A stretch of DNA of 64,000 nt from Octopus sinensis (GCF_006345805.1 NW_021830470.1:1-64000), one strand, 5' to 3'; positions 12,147-24,513 are shown, counted from the first letter of the stretch. The notes: generated by a model not told the origin, from the letters alone. Made by a program: numbers and translations.

Positions 12147-12519
12147 ATTAAAAGAACACTCCGTCGGTTATGACAACGAGGGTTCCGGTTGATCTGATCA
12201 ATGGAACAGCCTGCTCGTGAAATTAACGTGCAAGTGGCTGAGCACTCCACAGACACGTGTACCCTTAACATAGTTCTCGGGGATATTCAGCGTGACACAG
12301 AAAGTGACAAGGCTGGCCCTTTGAAATACAGGTACAACAGAAACAGGAAGTAAGAGTGAGAGAAAGAGTGGTGAAAGAGTACAGCAGGGATTACCACCAT
12401 CCCCTGCCGGAGCCTCGTGGAGCTTTTAGGTGTTTTTGCTCAATAAACACTCACAACGCCCGGTCTGGGAATCGAAACCATGAGTCCGCTGCCCTAACCA
12501 CTGGGCCATTGCGCCTCCA
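12147..12519 (-). mobile_element. SINE family S3 (tRNA-Arg-like head GTGGAGGCGCAATGGCCCAGTGGTTAGGGCAGCGGACTC)
   Basis: Reverse complement of the consensus; TSD CATAGTAT at 12139 and 12520. Confidence 0.85.
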
Positions 12520-12699
12520 CATAGTATTTAGCGATTCTTGGGCTGCGTATAATTCTCTGGGAAATCTCGGCTATACCTACTTTCGGGTCAACCACAGCGA
12601 AAATTTTGTTGATCCTATAAATGCGTCAGTGCACAGTTGTTTGCCCAGCCATTTGTGTCTGTTTCTTAAAGCAATACCTCTCTAGATTCCTATTTATAG

Positions 12700-12860
12700 A
12701 AAGCAGGAGCACCGCCTTTAGTCAAGCAAATCGACCCTGGGACTTATTCTTTGTAAGCCCAGTATTTATTCTATCGGTCTCTTTTTGCCGAACCGCTAAG
12801 TGATGGGGACGTAAACACACCAGCATCGGTTGTCAAGCAATGCTAGGGGGACAAACACAG

Positions 12861-12893
<33 letters not shown>

Positions 12894-13060
12894 CATATAT
12901 ACGACAGGCTTCTTTCAGTTTCTGTCTACCAAATCCACTCACAAGGCATTGGTCGGCCCGAGGCTATAGTAGAAGACACTTGCCCAAGATGCCACACAGT
13001 GGGATTGAACCCGGAACCATGTGGTTGGTTAGCAAGCTACTTACCACACAGCCACTCCTA
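12700..13060 (-). mobile_element. S1 SINE
   Basis: Family consensus in reverse complement. Confidence 0.85.
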
Positions 13061-14039
13061 CATTATCATTTTCGTAACATAATTTCTGTAGTATTTCAAG
13101 ATGTTTCTGACACGTATTTTGATTCACATGGGGGAGATCCAACATTTCTTCACTTTTTCAGGAATTTCTTCTCTTTATTTATTTTTTTTGCGAAATACGT
13201 CAAAAAATACGGAGTTTATGATTCATGTGTGAGTGTGTGTTCTTGATAATCGTTTAGAACAAGTAGTTTTACACCAATTACACTATTTTTTTTTCTTAAG
13301 TTTAAAGGCCATGGACTGAAGATGTGAATTTTCTGAGGCCTCTCCCCCACCCCCCTTTCGCGAGCGCGCATTATTTTCATAATATTCGTTTAGAGCAAGT
13401 TGTTTTACACCTATTACACTATTTTTTTTTTGTTTTGGTGCCCGGGTCAGCCCCTCAGACGCTTTCGGAAATTCCCGATTACACTATATTTTTCTTGTTT
13501 CGTTGACAGGGTCAAACGCTTTAGTTTAACCAGATCTATATAACATCCTTGGTTTGTAAAACTGTTTACAGTAACGTCCTTTATTATTATTGTATATATA
13601 ACATAATGCAAACGTGTAGCTTTTTTGTGCATTTTGTTTGCAGAAAATAAAGAAATAACAGTAAGAACGTTTAATAAATGTTGCTTACTGCAAGTTTAGG
13701 GGGCTGTACCTCTGAAAAACATAAACCTTGTGTATAATACACACCCCTTCTCTAACATGAGTCAAGGAGGTCTATATAAAGTCCTTGGTTTGTAAAAATG
13801 TATACGGTAACGTCCTTTATTATTATTGTATATATAACATAATGCAAACGTGTAGCTTTTTTGTGCATTTTGTTTGCAGAAAATAAAGAAATAACAGTAA
13901 TAACGTTTAATAAATGTTGCTTACTGCAAGTTATGGATGATTCTTTTATGACTTCATTGCTTTCAGGGTTAGCTTAAGGTATTGTCGCGCCCGACATCAC
14001 GAAATGCGTCTGAATAAACATTGCCGGACAGCAAATAGA

Positions 14040-14450
14040 GACTCGGACATTGCTTAGGAAATAATTTTCATTTTTAACCTCGTATATAGTACGCACTTGG
14101 GATTTTGACCTTTAAATTTTGGGGGGAAAATGCGGATTATCCTCGGGGATTTACGGTACATCATCTAATGTATAGTATAGTAGTAAGTGTTAGTGGCTAT
14201 AACTGTCTTTGTTTAGCCCCAGGTCAGCCCAGATCCACACAGACAGACTTATGATCAAAGATATTCCAGCTGTGACCATCCCACCTTTTATGCAGGCATA
14301 GTGTATCTAGGACTACATTATCCAATGTATAGTACAATATAGTAGTTAGTATTAGTGACTCATTTTTAACCTCGTATATAGTATATACTAGGGATTTTGA
14401 CCTCTAAATTTTGGGAAAAAAGGGCGGATTATAATCGAGAATTTACCGTA
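14040..14450 (-). mobile_element. Two terminal fragments of a pogo/Tigger-like DNA transposon
   Basis: ...GCGGATTATCCTCGGGGATTTACGGTA (reverse complement TACCGTAAATCC..., a pogo-type end) at ~14158, and a diverged copy at ~14450. Confidence 0.45.
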
Positions 14451-14713
14451 ATTACACTGTTTCACTCTCATTTTAGTAATTAATTTATTTCATATCACAT
14501 GTAACAATCGATCATAGATTTTCATTAGCAAATCAATATTTCAGTTAAGAAGTTATTTATTAATTAAGACGAGGGAATATATTTTCCTTATGTTACGTTT
14601 TAGCGTCGAAATAATTACTATAACAAAGAAAGATTCACATAATTCTATCATTTATATTATTATTGATTAATTATTACTAGTATTATCATCAGAATTAAAG
14701 TAAATCTTTCTCT

Positions 14714-14860
14714 ACTTACCTTATTCGGATATAAACAGCGAGTCAGTGCTTGGTAATTGACGCACTAATTGCCAATTTAATTGGACCGAGGTTAAAGTGT
14801 ACCGAAGTAGCGTCCCTTTATGTGATAGTACGTAACTTCTCCAGTAGATGGCGCTACTGA
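14714..14860 (-). promoter_or_regulatory. Candidate non-coding first exon of ZNF-1 with donor AAG|GTAAGT (14720/14719) and CTCF-like motif (14841-14856)
   Basis: Block 14450-14880 aligns with 46390-46820; CCAGTAGATGGCGCTA fits the CTCF consensus CCASYAGRKGGCRS. Confidence 0.6.
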
Positions 14861-14914
14861 TTGGTTGGACTTGCTCCCGTGTCTCTCTCTGTCTCGTTCT
14901 GGCAATAACGTCGC

Positions 14915-15092
14915 TTGTGGCCATGCTGGAGCACCGGCTTTTAGTCGCGAGCAAATCGACCCCCAGGACTTGTTCTTTGTAAGCCTAGTAGTTATTCTAT
15001 GGGTTCTCTTTTGCCGAACCGCAAGGTGACGTCAACGTAAACACACCAGCATCGGTTTTCAAGCGACGTTGGGGGGACAGACAGACAGACAC

Positions 15093-15144
<52 letters not shown>

Positions 15145-15319
15145 GTATATATATATATACATATATACATATATATATATAATATATATATGTATGTGTA
15201 TATATATATATATATATACATACAATATATATATATGTGTATATATATATATATAATATATATATATATATATTATATATATATATATATATGTATGTGT
15301 ATATATATATATACATACA

Positions 15320-15350
<31 letters not shown>

Positions 15351-15442
15351 ATATATATATAATACAATATATATATATATATGTATATATAATATATATA
15401 TATATATATATTATATATATAATATATATATACATATATATA
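14915..15442 (-). mobile_element. S1 SINE 3' half with a long (TA)n-type microsatellite (15090-15442)
   Basis: Tail consensus in reverse complement, followed by the microsatellite. Confidence 0.8.
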
Positions 15443-15446
15443 TGCA

Positions 15447-15542
15447 ATCGTCACCCATAATTATGACCCTAGTATCGATCTATTGCATTTCAATCTGTTT
15501 TAGGGTTAGGGGTGGGGCAAGGGTATCTTTTTTTCTTCACAA

Positions 15543-15600
<58 letters not shown>

Positions 15601-16112
15601 GTATATATTTTAAGACCTAAAAAACCACCATGTGGACAGCCATATGCTAGAAATAGATCACCTACGATCAAACTACAAAGAAAGAATGTTCTCTAGAGAA
15701 AATTCAGCGGACACCAGAACAATGCTAGGCTATTGGTTTTAGATTGATATTAATTAAATTAATATTTAATTTATCTCCCTCATTATATATATATATATAT
15801 ATTCTTTTACTTGTTTCAGTCATTTGACTGTGGCCATGGTGGAGCACCGCCTTTTTTTTCTTCAATTTCTGCAATTTCAACCAACCAATGACGTCTATTG
15901 AGGTAAAAAAAAAAAACATTCTGTGCCGTATGAATATGTCCCTTGTTTAAACAACAGAATGGGTTTATTTACAGTTCCGAAGAAAAAAAAGATACCCTCC
16001 CCTCACCCTAAAACAGATTGAAATGTAATAGATCGATACTAGGGTCATAATTATGGGTGACAATTTCATATGACACCGCTAGAAAAAAACTGCCATTCAA
16101 ACCGAAAGGATC
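15447..16112. mobile_element. MITE-A fragments: - (15447-15545) and + (15850-16112)
   Basis: GTCACCCATAATTATGACCCTAGTATCGATC motif; right TIR ...ACCGAAAGGATCC. Confidence 0.75.
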
Positions 16113-16173
16113 CGATGTTTATTCACTTAAACATCTTTTAAAATACCATTTTCAAACCTTCTTTCATATATAA

Positions 16174-16686
16174 CTAGCAGTATCGCCCGGCGTTGCTCGG
16201 GTTTGTAAGGGAAATAACCATATAAGCATTTTTAGAGAGTTACTTCCCTTATAGATGCCAATTCGGGCTTTCTTAGCCATTTCTGTTTTGGTGTCTTCAA
16301 GCCATGAAGTCGATGTTCTAAAAGAATGCTGGTCTCCTTGACAACGCTTTACGACGTAGATTTCCTTACACTCCCTTCCCCACAGCTTCATGAGGGAGGG
16401 AAGAAGGGGGAGAAGCAAACAGGTGCAGGTGTGACCATGGACGCCAACTCCGCCACCATCGACACACGAAAAATTATGCATTAAAATGGAATAATAAATG
16501 ATGTTAAATTATTTTTAAAATCGTAGACTCATCGTAGACGCGCGTTAATATGCAGACGCGCTCGATATGAATCACGACTATAAGATACCCGAATTTGGTT
16601 AAACTGCACCGCAAAATGTGGGAGTAGTTAGGAATCTAAATCGAAGGGGACAGACACTCACACAACTACAGTTTTATATATATAGA
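16174..16686 (-). mobile_element. Non-autonomous Helitron, complete
   Basis: Minus strand A|TCTATATATATAAA ... CCCGAGCAACGCCGGG hairpin ... CTAG|T. Confidence 0.85.
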
Positions 16687-16727
16687 TTCCACTCGTGCGG
16701 TACCTTACAGCTTCACTTTATTATATA

Positions 16728-16774
<47 letters not shown>

Positions 16775-16776
<2 letters not shown>

Positions 16777-17044
16777 CTTGTGTAGTTGTCTTGTACTCTG
16801 TTTTTTCGTTGTTAAAAAAATGTTTTTACGTTTTCGTTTCTCGTTGAGTTCTGCGTCTATTTGTGGTGTCCTGTACCCACGTATATATATTTATATATGC
16901 ATGTATATATACATGTAGATGTAGGTACGTACATATATGTTTGTATGTATGCATATATTTTATTTATTACACTATTGTATGACTGAGCGCCTTCGCGTTG
17001 ATTCGATCAGTTTGGTTTCATTTCGTTTCTTCTTCTCTAAGCTG

Positions 17045-17086
<42 letters not shown>

Positions 17087-17226
17087 TATGTATCATCATC
17101 ATTTAGAGTCCGCTTTCCATGCTAGCATGAGTTGGACGGTTCAACTGGGGTCTGTGAAGCCAGAAGGCTGCATCAGGCCCAGTCTGATCTGGCAGTGTTT
17201 CTACAGCTGGATGCCCTTCCTAACGC

Positions 17227-17273
<47 letters not shown>

Positions 17274-17545
17274 CTTGTGTAGTTGTCTTGTACTCTGTTT
17301 TTTCGTTGTTAAAAAAATGTTTTTACGTTTTCGTTTCTCGTTGAGTTCTGCGTCTATTTGTGGTGTCCTGTACCCACGTATATATATTTATATATGCATG
17401 TATATATACATGTAGATGTAGGTACGTACATATATGTTTGTATGTATGCATATATTTTATTTATTACACTATTGTATGACTGAGCGCCTTCGCGTTGATT
17501 CGATCAGTTTGGTTTCATTTCGTTTCTTCTTCTCTAAGCTGGTTT

Positions 17546-17579
<34 letters not shown>

Positions 17580-17770
17580 ATATATATATACATATATATG
17601 TATCATCATCATTTAGAGTCCGCTTTCCATGCTAGCATGAGTTGGACGGTTCAACTGGGGTCTGTGAAGCCAGAAGGCTGCATCAGGCCCAGTCTGATCT
17701 GGCAGTGTTTCTACAGCTGGATGCCCTTCCTAACGCCATGTATATATATATATGTGTATATATATGTATA
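16775..17770. repeat. 497-bp tandem duplication (unique segment + (TA)n + RTE tail fragment)
   Basis: Identical ORF starts at 16937 and 17434. Confidence 0.9.
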
Positions 17771-17779
17771 TATATATAT

Positions 17780-18070
17780 GTATCAGTGCTGGTGGCACAT
17801 AAGAGAACCATTCGAACGCGGCCGTTGCCAGTGCCGCCCTGACTGGCTTCCGTGCCGGTGGCACGTAAAAAGCACCATCCGACCGTGGCCGTTTGCCAGC
17901 CTCATCTGGCACCTGTGCTGGTGGCACATAAAAAGCACCCACTACACTCACGGAGTGGTTGGCGTTAGGAAGAGCATCCAGTCGTAGAAACACTGCCAGA
18001 TCAGACTGGAGTCTGGTGCAGCCTTCTAGCATGGAAAGCGGATGCTAAACGATGATGATGAGGATGATGA
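17780..18070 (+). mobile_element. RTE 3'UTR fragment with (GAT)n tail
   Basis: GTGGCACGTAAAAAGCACC...GGAAAGCGGATGCTAAACGATGATG. Confidence 0.8.
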
Positions 18071-18469
18071 TATATGTATATATATATATATATATGTATA
18101 TATGGTGGCTGGCTTTATTTCGGGATCGCGGGTGGGCCTGCGGTTTTGCACGCGCCCGCACCACTGATAGTCTTTTCCATCTTTCCTTCAGTTGCGAAGT
18201 GTGTCCTTGCGTGCATATATGTGCACGTATGTGTGTGAGTGTGTGTGTGTGCGTATGTTTGCAAACATATAAACACACATTTGTACGCACGTGCACATAC
18301 ATACATTCACTCCCGTGCACACATTCACATATAATTACAATACACGCACACATACACATACGTACACACATATAAGCACAGGCACAGACATTCGCACACA
18401 ATCATACATACGTATACATACACACACACGCACACATACACTAAGTCTAAGCACAGTTACTCACCATCC

Positions 18470-18880
18470 TCTGACTTGCTAGGGTACCCCCACCCACTCC
18501 TTAATTCCCTACTGCTTGCTACCAGCCATCATCCACCATTCCGCCACTGCTGCTAGTAGCCTCATCCACCATACACACACACACCCTCGTCATCTCGCAC
18601 ACCTTTTTTACCATTCATTCTCTGACCCGCTCTTTTGTTTTTAAAAAACACTTTTCCTTCCTTTTGACCACTTCCGTCCTTTTAGTATGTGACCTCGTGT
18701 AGACTACCTGCAATTTTTTCCTCTGTCCTTCCCATCTTGGGATGTTTCCTTCTCCTATGTTTCCGATGAAGAGCTCCGCTCGAAACGTCAAACCCTCCTT
18801 CTTTCTTGAGTGTCCAATAATACTTTATTTGTTCCACATCCTTGCGTTGTTGTTTTTTGTTTTCTTCTTTGGATTAACTT
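18470..18880 (+). mobile_element. Probable Penelope-like element terminal (pLTR) fragment
   Basis: Pyrimidine-rich segment carrying a PLE-type minimal hammerhead; no ORF seen. Confidence 0.5.
18759..18793 (+). ncRNA. Minimal type I hammerhead ribozyme motif, Penelope type
   Basis: GTTT-CCGATGA-A-GAGC-TCC-GCTC-GAAAC-GTC^-AAAC. Stem I GTTT/AAAC, stem II GAGC/GCTC, GUC cleavage triplet, core variant U4C. Confidence 0.7.
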
Positions 18881-19039
18881 TATAAATATATATATATATA
18901 TGTATACATGTTTCAATACATGATTTCACATCAAGAATCTTGCAAAATGAATATATAAACGTATGTATATATATATATATACTTAATCCCTTTGTCTGTC
19001 CTTGTTTGTCCCCTCTGTGTTTAGCCCCTTGTGGGTAGT

Positions 19040-19512
19040 AAAGAAATATATATATATACACACACACACATATATATATACACACATATATATATATACA
19101 TACACACACATATATATATATATACATATATATATACATACACACACATATATATATACATATATATGTATATATATACATATATATATATATACATATA
19201 TATGTATGTATATATATACATATATATATATATACATATATATGTATGTATATATATACATATATATATATCCATATATATGTATACATATACATGTATA
19301 CATATACATGTATATATATATATATACATATACATGTATATATATATGTATATATATATATACATATATATACATACATATATATGTATGTATATACATA
19401 TACATGTATATATATATACATATATATACATACATATATATGTATGTATATACATATACATGTATATATATATGTATATATATATATACATATATATACA
19501 TACATATATATG
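19040..19512. repeat. Complex (TA)/(TACA)/(TATG) microsatellite
   Basis: Direct reading. Confidence 0.95.
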
Positions 19513-19957
19513 CAATAAAGGGTGGAATATAATTAATTTAATAAAATTAATCAATTTCACCTAGTAGATTTGTCGGTATGGAAAAGACCATATTTGGTAA
19601 GGGTTATAAAAATTATAATTAAGGGTTAAATGCAACAAGTTGCTCAAAACCACATACCGAAAATATTAGAAATAGCAGCCAAAATTGGTCACTATTTCCT
19701 CTACTAGTAAAAAGTCTCCACAAACAAACAGAATTTGTAAGCTGTATATGGCAAAAAAGGCAGAAAATAACGAAAACCCAGCCTCTGGATTAATTATAGA
19801 CGACTCGTTTCTGGATTAGAACCGAAGGTTCATTTCCTTGTCAATATAATATTTCCTATAGATCTAGAAATGCTAGGGGAAAAAACTTACCCGTTACACC
19901 AGTACGATCAGCGATATCGGACGGCTTATATATGTATATATATATGTGTGTGTGTGT

Positions 19958-20039
<82 letters not shown>

Positions 20040-20364
20040 GTTTATATATTCATTTTGCAAGATTCTTGATGTGAAATCGTGTATTGAAACAGATATTTTT
20101 GTATTTAGGGGATATTTTGTATTGTTGTATTTGGGGATAGTGGTCCTTTGCTTTCTTTGTGTGTCATTTGGACACAAATAAGAAAGAAGAAAGCAAAGGA
20201 CCACTGATGAGGTCACAGAAGTGTGATGAAAAAGCTCTGGTCGAAATATGAATAATGTAAAAAAAAAAAAAAGCTGAAGCAAATTGACACCAAATATATA
20301 GTGCGTGTGTTTTTATTGGCTAAACTGGCAACATGACCATCCCCAAAGACAATAATATATGTGG

Positions 20365-20675
20365 GAAGCACTCCGTCGGTTACGACGATGAGGGTTCCGG
20401 TTGATCCGAATCAACGGAACAGCCTGCTCGTGAAATTAACGTGTAAGTGGCTGAGCACTCCACAGACACGTGCACCCTTAACGTAGTTCTCGGGGATATT
20501 CAGCGTGACACAGAGAGTGACAAGGCCGGCCCTTTGAAATACAGGTACAACAGAAACAGGAAGTAAGAGTGAGAGAAAGTTGTGGTGAAAGAGTACAGCA
20601 GGGATCACCACCATCCCCTGCCGGAGCCTCGTGGAGCTTTAGGTGTTTTCGCTCAATAAACACAACGCCCGGTCT
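20365..20675 (-). mobile_element. S3 SINE interrupted by the RTE insertion (remainder at 23621-23655)
   Basis: ...CGCCCGGTCT|RTE|GGGAATC...ACTGGGCCATTG(T)GCCTCCAC. Confidence 0.8.
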
Positions 20676-23620
20676 CATCATCATCATCATCATCATCGTT
20701 TAGCGTCCGTTTTCCATGCTAGCATGGGTTGGACGGTTCTACTGGGGTCTGTGAAGCCAGAAGGCTTCAGGCCCAGTCAAATCTGGCAGTGTTTCTACGG
20801 CTGGATGCCCTTCCTAACACCAACCACTCCGTGAGTGTAGTGGGTGCTTTTTACGTGCCACCTGCACTGGTGCCAGACAGAGCTGGCAAACGGCCACGAA
20901 CGGATGGTGCTTTTCATGTGCCACCGGCACGAGGGCCAGGCGAGGCTGGCAACGGACACGAAACGGGGCGGTGCTGGCAACGGTCGCGAAACGGAAAGTT
21001 CTCTTACATGCCACCGGCACTGGTAACACATCTGCAATTTCCATTGATCGATTTCCATTGATCGATTTCGATTCTGATCCTCACTTGCCTCAATGGGTCT
21101 TCACAAGCAGAGTTTTGACATGCCACCGGCACTGGTAGCACATCCGCAATTTCCATTGATCGATTTCGATTCTGATCCTCACTTGCCTCATCACGTCTTC
21201 ACAAGTAGAGTTTTGTGTCCCAAGAAAGGAAGGTATGCATACGTAGGCTGGCTCCATCCCATGTAGAAGGCCACGGGTTATGGACTCACTTGTCCTGCCG
21301 GGTCTTCTCGCGCACAGCACACTTCCAGAGGTCTCGGTCTCTAGTCATTTCCTCAGTGAGACCTAAAGTTCGAAGGTCGTGCTTCACCACCTCGTCCCAG
21401 GTTTTCCTGGGTCTGCCTCTTCCACAGGTTCCCTCAACCGCTAGGGTGTGGCACTTTTTCACACAACTATCTTCATCCATTCTCGCCATATGACCATACC
21501 AGCGCAAACGTCTCTCTTGCACACCACAACTGATGCTTCTTAGGTCCAGCTTTTCTCTCAAGGTACTTACACTCTGCTGAGTGTGAGTACCGGCATTACA
21601 CATCCATCGGAGCATACTGGCTTCATTTCTAGCGAGCTTACGCATATCCTCAGCAGTCACGGCCCATGTTTCACTGCCATGTAGCATGGCTGTTCGTACA
21701 CACGCATCATACAGTCTGCCTTTCACTCTGTGCGAGAGGCCTTTTGTCACCAGCAGAGGTAAGAGCTCTCTGAACTTTGCCCAAGCTATTCTTACTCTAG
21801 CAGTTACACTTTCAGCACACCCGCCCCCGCTGCTGACTTGGTCACCTAGGTAACGGAAACTATCAACTATTTCTAGTTTTTCTCCCTGGAAAGTGACGGA
21901 AGTTGGTCTCAGAGCATTTTCAGTGTTTATTGTTCCTGAGCATCTGCCACATACAAAAACCATCTTCCTAGTTAGCCTTCCTTTGACATTGCTGCATCTC
22001 TTATGTGTCCATAGCTTACACTTGGTGCATCTTATAGAGTTTCTACCTACACCTTTTCTACAGATCGAGCAGGGCCATCTACCTGAAGGTGTTTGTGATT
22101 TGTCTACCTTCCTACTGATTACGACTTTGGTTTTAGCTAGATTGACTCTGAGGCCCCTCGATTCTAATCCTTGTTTCCACACCTGAAACTTCTCCTCCAG
22201 TTCTGATAGCGACTCAGCAATTAGAGCAAGGTCATCAGCATAGAGGAGCTCCCAAGAGCATCCTGTCTTGAATTCCTCCGTTATTGCCTGGAGGACTATG
22301 ATAAATAGGAGGGGGCTGAGTACTGAGCCTTGGTGGACTCCTACCTCTACCCGGAATTCTTCACTGTACACATTTCCAACCCTCACCCTACTAGCGGCGC
22401 CCCTGTACATGGCCCGCACAGCTCTCACTAACCATTCATCTATTCCTAGTTTTCTCATTGCCCACCAGATAAGGGATCGGGGGACCCTGTCGAAGGCTTT
22501 CTCCATGTCAACAAAAGCCAGGTACAGGGGCTTATCTTTGGCTAGGTATTTCTCCTGCAGCTGCCTTACCAGGAATATAGCATCAGTAGTACTTTTCCCT
22601 GGCACAAACCCAAACTGCATCTCATCTAAACTAACTCTCTCTCTAATTAGTTGGGCTATGACCCTCTCCGTAACCTTCATCACCTGATCCAACAGCTTGA
22701 TACCTCTGTAGTTATTTGTATCTAGGGCATCACCTTTACCTTTGTAGCAGTTTACTATTATACTGCTACACCAGTCATTGGGTATGACCCCTTTGTGTAT
22801 CACCTGATTAACTATACGGGTGACTAGGCTATAGCCGACACTACCAGACATTTTGAGCATCTCTGCAGTGATTCCTGATGGGCCTGGGGCTTTCCCTGTC
22901 TTCATGCTTCTAATTGCCTTAGCTACCACGGAACTATCAACTCGGATAGCTGGTCCCTGTTGGGTCAACATTCGGCAGACTCTCTTTATCCCATTCATTT
23001 TCTTCATTCCGCAACCTTTCATAGTGGCATCTCCAAACCTCTCTCTTTGCATCCTCATTTAGCGCAAGTGAACCATCTTCCATGCGAACACACTTCTCTC
23101 CTACCACATCACGATTCTCTCTCACACACTGTCTTGCAACACGAAACACCTCCAGTCTTTGGTCCTCACGGCGCAGAACATTGGCAAATTTTTTCTTATC
23201 TGCTTCCCCTCTGGCTAAATAAACCTGTCTCCTAGCTTCTCTTTTCGCAGTCTGATACAATCCCCTGCTACCCCCATTTTTCCAGACCTTCCAAGCCTGT
23301 CTCTTTTCTCTAATAGCCCTGTCTACAATATTGTTCCACCACCACGTTATTCTAGGTCGAGAGGGGACTTTGCACCAGCCACAGATCTGGTCAGTGGCTC
23401 TCAGCAGGTTGTCCCTTAGAAACATCCAGCTGTCTTCTACCCCCTGTGATGCTCTATCCCCTTCTACTTCGTCAGAGGCTTCAAGTAATATGTCCCTAAA
23501 TCTCTGTCCATTTGCAGGATCTTTAAGCTTCCAGATCCTTCTTCTCCATATTTGTCGTCTTCTGGTTGTCCTCCTAGTCCTGATCCTAAAGTCACTAACT
23601 ACCAGTCTATGTTGTGGGGT
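20676..23620 (-). mobile_element. RTE-clade LINE, 5'-truncated (end of endonuclease region, RT, PHD-like finger, ~610-bp 3'UTR, (GAT)n tail)
   Basis: RT motifs QFGF, GVHQGSVLSP, LLYADD; a 2-nt deletion near 22958 shifts the frame. Confidence 0.95.
21286..22958 (-). CDS. Reverse transcriptase part of RTE ORF, uninterrupted but 5'-frameshifted (probably non-functional)
   Basis: ORF track 21286..23058; the true RTE frame applies only from ~22958. Confidence 0.7.
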
Positions 23621-23768
23621 GGGAATCAAAACCACTGGGCCATTGTGCCTCCACCCAAATACAATAATATATATATATATGTGACGAAAGATAAAGACAG
23701 ATAAATTTTCTCTATTTACATAATATTGAGGTCTCTTCCTTTCTTTTGTTATCTTACCATTTTTACCA

Positions 23769-24513
23769 ATATATATATATATAAAGTTGAAGTCGTCTGT
23801 GTATGGCACGTTTGGTAGCCTTCAACTAACACTATTTCATCTGAGACCCTGCGGCGCAAGTTGACCAAAATTGAGAGTATGATAGAAGAAGGCTTGCTCT
23901 TCATTCCGTAGAAGATAAAATTCAAATCAGACCATGTTAACACCAAAAATTATTTACATCAAAAAGGTGCCTTTTTTCTATGAAAATCTTTATATTTTAC
24001 GATTTTTCGGTGTATTTCAACCAGAAAAATGTTCACTTAAAGAGAATAACAAGCTACATAATGCAAAATTTTTACTTTTCAAAAATTTCAATTCTAAAGT
24101 GTCAAAACAAACCCGAGCAGCTCCGGGCGATACTGCTAGTATATATATAAAGCTGAAGTTGTCTGCGTATGGCAGGTTTGGTAGCCTTCAACTAACACTA
24201 TCTCCTCCGAGACCCTGTGGCGCAAGTTGACCAAAATTGAGAGTATGATAGAAGAAGGCTTGCTCTTCATTCCGTAGAAGATAAAATTCAAATCAGACCA
24301 TGTTAACACCAAAAATTATTTACATTAAAAAGGTGCTTTTTTTTCTATGAAAATCTTTATTTTTTACGATTTTTTGACTGCTGTGTCGCCATTTTTCAGT
24401 GTATTTCAACCAGAAAAACGTTCACTTAGAATAATGCAAATTTTTTACTTTTCAAAAATTCCAATTTTAAAGGGTCGAAACAAACCCGAGCAACGCAGGG
24501 GCAATACTGCTAG
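23769..24513 (+). mobile_element. Two non-autonomous Helitrons in head-to-tail tandem
   Basis: Each ends in hairpin + GATACTGCTAG or AATACTGCTAG (CTAG at 24136-24139 and 24510-24513). Confidence 0.8.

Larger units (their letters stand above)
10101..13190 (+). pseudogene. Merlin (IS1595/ISXO2-like) DDE transposase relic split by four SINE insertions
   Basis: Removing the SINEs at their short duplications joins ...CGYPISLY|YNTFF...IGGPGVEVEIDETV|IVRRKYNCGRLTKTIWLFGGIER...LIPLITRYIHQGS|IVFSDSWAAYNSLGNLGYTYFRVNHSENFVDP. These are canonical Merlin motifs. The C-terminal piece (13063-13190, GDPTFLHFF) is weaker. Confidence 0.85.

Noticed and set aside
11143-12640. IS1595-like transposase as bacterial contamination or recent transfer
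   Set aside because: It is interrupted by host SINEs with target duplications and fits the eukaryotic Merlin superfamily.
19795-19850. Minus-strand ...CCAGAAACGAGTC^GTC hammerhead-like 3' half
   Set aside because: The CUGANGA core is missing (GACAAGGA); at best a decayed relic.
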